DNA of 45,466 bases from Octopus bimaculoides (lineage: Eukaryota). How positions within the stretch are numbered: position 1 is the first letter of the stretch; each line of letters opens with the position of its first letter. The stretch spans positions 101,073,433-101,118,898 of the forward strand of contig NC_068982.1 of assembly GCF_001194135.2 (NCBI RefSeq). The letters run 5' to 3'. Positions 38,301 through 45,466 of this stretch are shown piece by piece. Below the pieces are notes generated by a model, which was not told the origin of the DNA, did not search any database, and worked only from the letters and a program-made list of their open reading frames with translations. The position numbers and the translations under genes are program-made.

Positions 38301-38657
38301 TCTCTTATACACATGGGATTCTTTTTATGTTTGTGTGACTGCATCACGTACAATGATATATGCACATACTATACGATTAAGGCGGGATAAGCATTGAATA
38401 AACAAATTCTGCTATAATTAGTATAGAAGACATGTCGAATATAAAGAAATATTACTCTGAGAGGCTGAGATATAGTCTGCCGATGTTATTCTTGTTCGTT
38501 AAAAGGTCTTTATGATAAGCAAACATCGTAAATTGGAAACAAATAAAAATGAAAAAGTTTACACATAATTCATACGTCTAATATTTCAACGTATGAGAGA
38601 AAAAGGAACTCGTTATCTCAATTGGGATATACGGCGGGAGATTGGCACTGGAGACAA

Positions 38658-38718
<61 letters not shown>

Positions 38719-40911
38719 GTGGAGAAAAAAAAGACCACTGTTCCTATGTGAGTTCACTAACATTCAAACCACATAAAATCTGGTTAATATAAAGAAAGGC
38801 GTGGCAAATATCGTAGAGCAAGAAGTATGACCCCACGAGGCCAGACAGTGATGTGGTTCCAGTCTTTATCTGAAAAGTATTTTCATTTAATTTACATATA
38901 TAATACTTTTGGGAAAGTCATGAACATCACATTCCATTCTATCGCTTCTTAAACGAGCCAGCTTGGAAGCGTCTATGTTTATATGGTCACTAGAGCTGCT
39001 AAAAATAGCATCCGAATCTCTTTTGTATCATACCAAACTCTTAAAAAAATAAAGGGATGCGTTGAATAATGTAGTCCTAGATATACAAAGTCTGAAATAT
39101 ATAAAAATAGCATTCTCATGCGCTGAAATGCATTTGGTCATAAATATGTGTGATTAGGCTTCACTATAAGTTATACAACCGTAGCAGCAACATCATTTAT
39201 AAAAAAGAAAGAAAAAAATGGTTTTGATGAGGTTTAATGAAAAAAAAAAATTAAAGCAATATTAAGAAGATAGAGATCTTGAAATTGGGGTCTACTTTCA
39301 AACTGTTCCTTACACTACAGATGGTTTTTTGTAAAGGTATGAACACTACTACATCCATCTCCTTCCTTTAAGAATATAGTGCATTGTACTATGTCGAAGT
39401 GAAACAATATGAATGAAATGAGGATCGCAAATTTGCAGACATAATACAGTGTCAGATTAAATTGTGATATAATTGTTTATTAAAAGAAATATATATATAT
39501 ATATATATATGCACATTTGTATACATGTGTGTATATGTATACCACAGCGAGGAACTAATTATATATAAACAACATACCAGTTAGCTGTTAATGCTTACAC
39601 TATACACTAACCTAACCTCATACACATTCATTTGACACACAATCATCTTAAACATCCCTGTTTGGCACCGATCACATTATTTAAGCGCAAACGCCCAAAG
39701 TTGGTAGCGAAAACAGCAACTTAAATCTATACTCATTTTGGCAGTGTGTTTTTTGGCACTTGAAACGCTCTTTTGGCTGTACATACAGAATTTTAGGCCT
39801 GAATGCGCAAATCTCAGGCAATACACTATTGGCATTATATAATACTAACCTGGCATCGTCTAAACAACTAGCTTCATAACATGTATATAGAATAGGGCAA
39901 AGCTAAATAGAAACTATTCAGAAGAAAATTTTCAGACTAATGTTCCCTGAAGATATTCGCAGCTGGCTAAAACGCAGATGCCATTTCAGTTAATGGGTCT
40001 AGCGTTCATTTTCCTGCATCAGCCAACATATTTTTATTCCTGCTGGCATAGCCCACATAAGTACCATGTATAACCTGGTCGTTAGGTGCCTTCTTCTGCG
40101 GAGGTTAGTCTGTTGAAGGCATCCGAATCGGGCCCTCACTACTTGCTCCATTCTCGCTTAGTCACTCGCGTTCTTTCCTGTAGATGTTGAAGTTGGGCAT
40201 TGGGCGCCTCAAACTTATCACTTTGAAAGTGAACTCAGCAAAGTAAATCTCACAGCCCTTTTGGACCAATATAAAACAAAATATAAAATATACTAGTACA
40301 CACGGTGCTAACACAGCAAATTTGACAAATCTTTCGTTCGTTACCTGACCTGAATTCAAATAATACAATAAAAGTTAGAGTGTTAAGGGCTCCCCTAAAC
40401 TCCCTATACACACTATGAGAATCAAAGCGTCTCTATTGTTCTCCAACATCCCAGTGTGTTCTGCAGTTCTGTCTAATCGAAACTAAGACGAAATCAATTT
40501 AAAATTGTATCAAATGCTAACATACAACTGCAACATGAAATTGTTGTATTCTTATTTTTTTTCTTTGGCGGTAATTAGTGGTAGCCAGTAATAGATAATT
40601 AGTTTGATAATTTCTGAGGTAGATAAAATGGCTTTGTAGCCTACTTTCTAAGAGTAATATGATTGTAAACGAAATAAAAGTGACTTCAACAGTTTGTTAT
40701 TAACCGTAAGGTTCTCTTAGTCATTGAATGTTTAGTCTTTCATAAAATTTCTGCGTAACGCTGGAGGCGGAGTTACAAATCTTTGACCTCTCAGCTTTTA
40801 GATTATGACGAACTTCAAGGACCCATTAGGTCGGCACTTCGTTTCGGTTTCATTTCAATGAAATTCAAGTTAGGGGAATATGATAAATCACCAATCTACG
40901 AAAGACGTATA

Positions 40912-41557
40912 CATGGTACGATCAATAAGTATCCGGACTGTTGCCTTAGTAACGAAGCTAAAGCACACAAAGTGAAACCGCTTGGCACAGATTGAACTTG
41001 AACTTAGCTGAAAGCAGTTTTGGCACAAACTTGGCAGACACGCGTCTCATACCCAAATCTTCAGTGATAATGGACTGAACATGAATAAGGAAACTGTTAC
41101 TAATCTGCACATCCTCTGATAACTCACAGATGGTGATTAGACGATTTCCCCTTACAGCGGCACGTACGTCTGCAATGTTTTTCTCAGTTTTGAAGGTTGC
41201 GGGTCTCCCAGAACGTTCGTCAATTTCGACATTTTTTCGGCCGTCTTGGAAACGTCTGAACCACTCGTAGACTTGTGTGCAGCTCATACACTCCTCTCCA
41301 TACATTTTCTGCAACCTTGCGTAGACCTCTGAGCAGGTATCGCCATGACAACTTTTTTGTCATGGTCAATGCGACGATCACACGTTATACACCTTCCTTT
41401 CAAGTACTGCTGTAAACAGCGGAAGTGAGTTAGAACCTTAAAACGTAGTGCGCATGCATAATAGAGTTGAAGGTCAATCCGTGCCAAGCGGTTTTACTCT
41501 GCGTGTTTTAGTTTCATTACTATGGCAACAGTCCGGATACTTATTGATCAGACCTCG
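40912..41557 (-). mobile_element. Internally deleted mariner (Tc1/mariner) element retaining the transposase N-terminal HTH region
   Basis: TA duplications at 40910-40911 and 41558-41559; inverted termini sharing GATCAATAAGTATCCGGACTGTTGCC; minus-strand frame VYEWFRRFQDGRKNVEIDERSGRP...LGMRRVSAKFVPKLL (WVPHEL-type linker); no DDD catalytic domain. Confidence 0.93.
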
Positions 41558-43600
41558 TAAAGTTTACTTTTGGATAAATCGCTAACCTGTCTTATACAAC
41601 TTTCCCATACAACCTGGTGCATAAAATGAAATGTCCTGTTCAGTGATATAATGAAACGTTTGTACAGGATTTGAAACCATGTACTCTGGATTAGTTTTCC
41701 AATAACGTATCCATTCAGCTCCTTAAAATTTTACATAGACATCAGATAAGAAATAGTTCCTACTTATTTTTCTTTTCATATATATATATATTTTGGTTTA
41801 CTTGTTTTCTTTTCATTTATATATTTTCCATTCGATTATTTTTGTCTGTGTTTTTATCAGTCCGGTCCGATAACTTTACGATAAATACTTAAATTCAATT
41901 ATCGTTATATCTCATGAAGCGAAAATCCTTATAGAAAATAAAAAACATAAAAACCAAGTCCAAAAATTTTAAAAGAAGTAAAAATAAATTAAATGTAAAC
42001 ATTTCAAATGTAAAGCAATCAGTTATCTTTTTACTATCGTAATTAATGTGACTTGACTTAAGTTAGACATTTTTGTGCTCTGTTGTTTAAAAAATGATTA
42101 AAAATCTCTTGTAATTTTGTAAATTATGGCTTTGCTGGAAAGTTCCACGGAACAGTTGTTATACGAGAAAAATTTATTTCTTAACTTGAGGAGAAATGAT
42201 GAAATTTTTCTTTAGAATTATAAAGTTTAGAATTTTAAAAGTCGGTTCAAGGTTGGTTCTGACGTTTATGACATTCCTCTGTACAATAATAATGTAGACA
42301 AAATGAAAATTTCTATAGCCAGGCTAGTGAATAAATCAGTTAACAAATGACTTTCCTGGGTGCTTCTAAACTTAAATTATTTCCCCTTAAACGACAACTA
42401 TCGGCAACTAAAGGAGTACCTACACAGTTTCTGCTTAAGAGACTGGATAGTCATGGGTAGAAACTTTTGCTCGTAAGTCTGCTCAACTAGACCTGACTTG
42501 GGCTAAACAAGAACAACCATTCTCAATTGTCAGGTTTAAATTCAGACGTTAGACAACCCTTTACTGTGGCTATACCGTTTCTGTTAACGCCGCTGATGTT
42601 TTAACTCCAAGACTGACCAGATCAAACATACACATGATCAAAGATGTTCCATTTTCTTTTATATTTCTAACAAGTTGAATGACTGCATAAAGGCTCTCCC
42701 AAGAAGGCTCGTTAATATTTCGGTGAATATGAAATCAGATTCATTTTCATTAAACTATAGATTCCTTTGCATAACTAATCGCTTTTCAATGGAGAAGAAA
42801 TTTAGAAACTGAAAAATTTCTATTCCCCAATTCCCTTAAATATCTAAACTCTCAAGACTTCAATGATTTCTCCGAATTTAACAGAAGGAACACAGAGATA
42901 AGTTTACAGCAAACTGATTTAACGAGTTCCTTTTAGAATTCCAGTTCGATCCTTTTCATCTGACATTGATATATTAAGAAATAAACGATGAATATAAATT
43001 CAGATTTAGTTTTCATGTCAATTTATACGACCAACATTCTGTGTGTGTGTATGCGCGCGCACACACACACTCACACACGCACATATACACCATAAAAAGT
43101 TAGGAAGTATGAAAGGTTGAAATAATTTCATGGATCGAATCTTTTGGATTTCAGCTGCAAGTAACTCTGCGCTATACTCCTCTGGATAACTGTGTAGTCT
43201 GTTAGCCGAGTCCATTCGAGATGCTATCTGTGATAGCTACTCTATTCTATGAGTCCATACATTACAATACAAATAATTACACACACACGCACACGTTTTT
43301 TTTATAAATAAGGACTGACTTAACGACTCCATACTATTTGTAAAAAAAAAAAAATTAATTGTCATTAGTGACTATTGAAATTTCGCAGTAATTAGCTGTT
43401 TTTAGAACGATTATTAGCAATAAATATTACACACAAAAATACACATGCACATACTGCAATATTCGTCCTGAGATAACATTGTTTATGAATGTGCATTAAA
43501 ACACTACATCAGTGCGAGATGAAAAATTGCCCTAGAAACGGCCAGCGAGAACGCCAGCTCTGCATTTTGGCTTTTTAGCGTTCTTCAATGACGTACTCAC

Positions 43601-43690
43601 ATCCAGCCATATGCTTAGACGAGAATTTGTCGCCTCTTATGTAGGGAACATTGAATAAAACATTCACCGATGTTGCGAATAGCTGCCGAG
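43601..43690 (-). CDS. Candidate internal exon (90 nt, phase 1-1; RQLFATSVNVLFNVPYIRGDKFSSKHMAG; in-frame 21-nt extension to 43711 possible), unidentified protein
   Basis: Acceptor GATTTTTATTCAG, donor GAT|GTGAGT, only one frame open, non-repetitive sequence. Confidence 0.35.
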
Positions 43691-44232
43691 CTGAATAAAA
43701 ATCCGGTATACCTATTAAAGCAGCATTAAATTAAACAGCCATCTATGTCTCATACTTTATTTCAAAGTATGGAACTAAAGGTGTTGGCCTGACCTGGTTT
43801 CGATATTAGTTGGCATCTTTCCAGAGATCACACACACATCTTTGCCGGTCCACGGAATGAATTATTAGCTATAACTATTAAGCTGGTTATATCGACTAAA
43901 TATCGTATCTGAGTTAATTCGATTTGCATACATAATGGCTATGTACTTAATTATTTCATTATTGATGTTTGATCTTGAGTGCGTTCGATTCTTGGAAATG
44001 TCCATTAAGGCATTCTTTTATATGCAATTTAATTAACTTTAGCCATCGCTATGACGTGGAGTTGAATATACTTGGATGAATGTAAATACATCTGTTTTAT
44101 TTCTCTGTAGAGAGAAAAGAATGAACTTAGATTCCAACCAAAACAAAAATCAGATGAGACCACTTCCAGTCTGACCGCAGACACCTGCTTACAGATAATC
44201 AAACGGTTTTAGTTCAATGGTTAAAATACTAA

Positions 44233-44501
44233 TGTTGGCACTCTGTCGCTTACGACGTCGAGGGTTCCAGTTGATCCAATCAACGGAACAGCCTCGTGAA
44301 ATTAACGTGCAAATGGCTGAGCACTCCACAGACACGTGTAACCTTAAAGTAGTTCTCGGGGATATTCAGCGTGACACAGTGTGACAAAGCTGGTCCTTTG
44401 AAATACAGGTACAACAGAAACAGGAAGAAAGAGTGAGAGAAAGTTGTGGTGAAAGAGTACAGCTGGGTTCGCCATCATCCCTTGCCGGAGCCTCGTGGAC
44501 C
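44233..44501 (-). mobile_element. SINE family B, head lost in N-gap
   Basis: Colinear with 20824-21131. Confidence 0.9.
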
Positions 44502-44687
44502 NNNNNNNNNNNNNNNNNNNNNNNNNNNNNNNNNNNNNNNNNNNNNNNNNNNNNNNNNNNNNNNNNNNNNNNNNNNNNNNNNNNNNNNNNNNNNNNNNNN
44601 NNNNNNNNNNNNNNNNNNNNNNNNNNNNNNNNNNNNNNNNNNNNNNNNNNNNNNNNNNNNNNNNNNNNNNNNNNNNNNNNNNNNNNN

Positions 44688-44731
<44 letters not shown>

Positions 44732-45466
44732 TAAGTAAGTAAAATGTTGGACATGTACATCGGCCTAATGAAGAGTTCACTATCTTTATAAGGAGATAAT
44801 TGAAACAAAATGAACGAATGGTTGTTACAAAGAATTGCTAACTCAGCGTTCATGAGTTCAGACTTCACTGAAGGCATATTTAGGTATCTCTGAACAATTT
44901 ATTATATTTTATTAGCCTCTCCGCTCACTAGGCTGAGGGGAAAAAGTAACGAAATCTTAAGGTAAGCTACCAGTGCAGCAGTTTGTTTGTTCTTCATCCG
45001 TTTAAGAGTTAATCACTAGCTGCTTGGAACCTTGAGATTCGGCAAATAATTAACTATATTATCAAAGATTCTTTCATGAATCAAGGACAGCTGGAAAGCT
45101 GCTATACCACTCAGACATTATGACTCCACTCTCGTGGCAAACAGGAACGGTAGACCACATGAATTTGGTTTCTGAGAGATTTCTATCCTCTCAGGTTCTG
45201 TTGAAAAATATACCCAATCGCACCACGTACTCGCTGCGTTCGCATATTTACAGATAAATGTACACGATATCAGACGACAAATTTCTGTTTAACTATTTTA
45301 ACGATGTCATCATCTAAGGAGAAATGAATGATTATACGCGCTATAAAAAATTCTCATCATGCTATTACACACACACACACACGCACACACATATATATAT
45401 ATATATATATACATACACACACACACACACATATATATATATGTACATACGCACACACACACACAC

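Noticed and set aside
40184-40242. Plus-strand exon candidate DVEVGHWAPQTYHFESELSK
   Set aside because: Lies in a patch that may be a decayed LINE on the other strand; no independent support
42390-42472. Protein-like frame NDNYRQLKEYLHSFCLRDWIVMGRNFCS with GTAAGT donor
   Set aside because: Overlaps an interspersed repeat fragment with a diverged inverted partner near 42597-42650; acceptor is poor
44810-44961. Two plus-strand mini-exons near the window end
   Set aside because: Would need a 48-bp intron; peptides unrecognisable

Overview
AT-rich, microsatellite-saturated eukaryotic genomic DNA from a gapped draft assembly (14 N-gaps, about 5.9 kb by my count, mostly flanked by (TA)n/(CA)n). 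The tRNA-headed SINE families and repeat landscape look like coleoid cephalopod DNA, probably Octopus; that is recognition, not a database result. I cannot confidently name any host gene. Nearly all long ORFs in the supplied track are artefacts of N-gaps or simple repeats. Well-supported content is mobile DNA: several SINE families that visibly share modules, a 5'-truncated Tx1/L1-like LINE end with a zinc-finger, an internally deleted mariner with intact TA-flanked ends and unusually long (~90 bp) inverted repeats, a 136-bp TTAA-flanked piggyBac-type MITE, and a 435-bp non-autonomous Helitron with canonical A|TC...hairpin-CTAG|T ends. Less explained: an inverted repeat pair at 18.3-18.7 kb whose arms each carry the palindrome CACGAGGCCTCGTG, a close inverted SINE pair that could form dsRNA, and small splice-site-bounded open frames, mostly on the minus strand, that may be exons of a large-intron gene. 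The exon calls are hypotheses only. I found no convincing novel multi-gene system.
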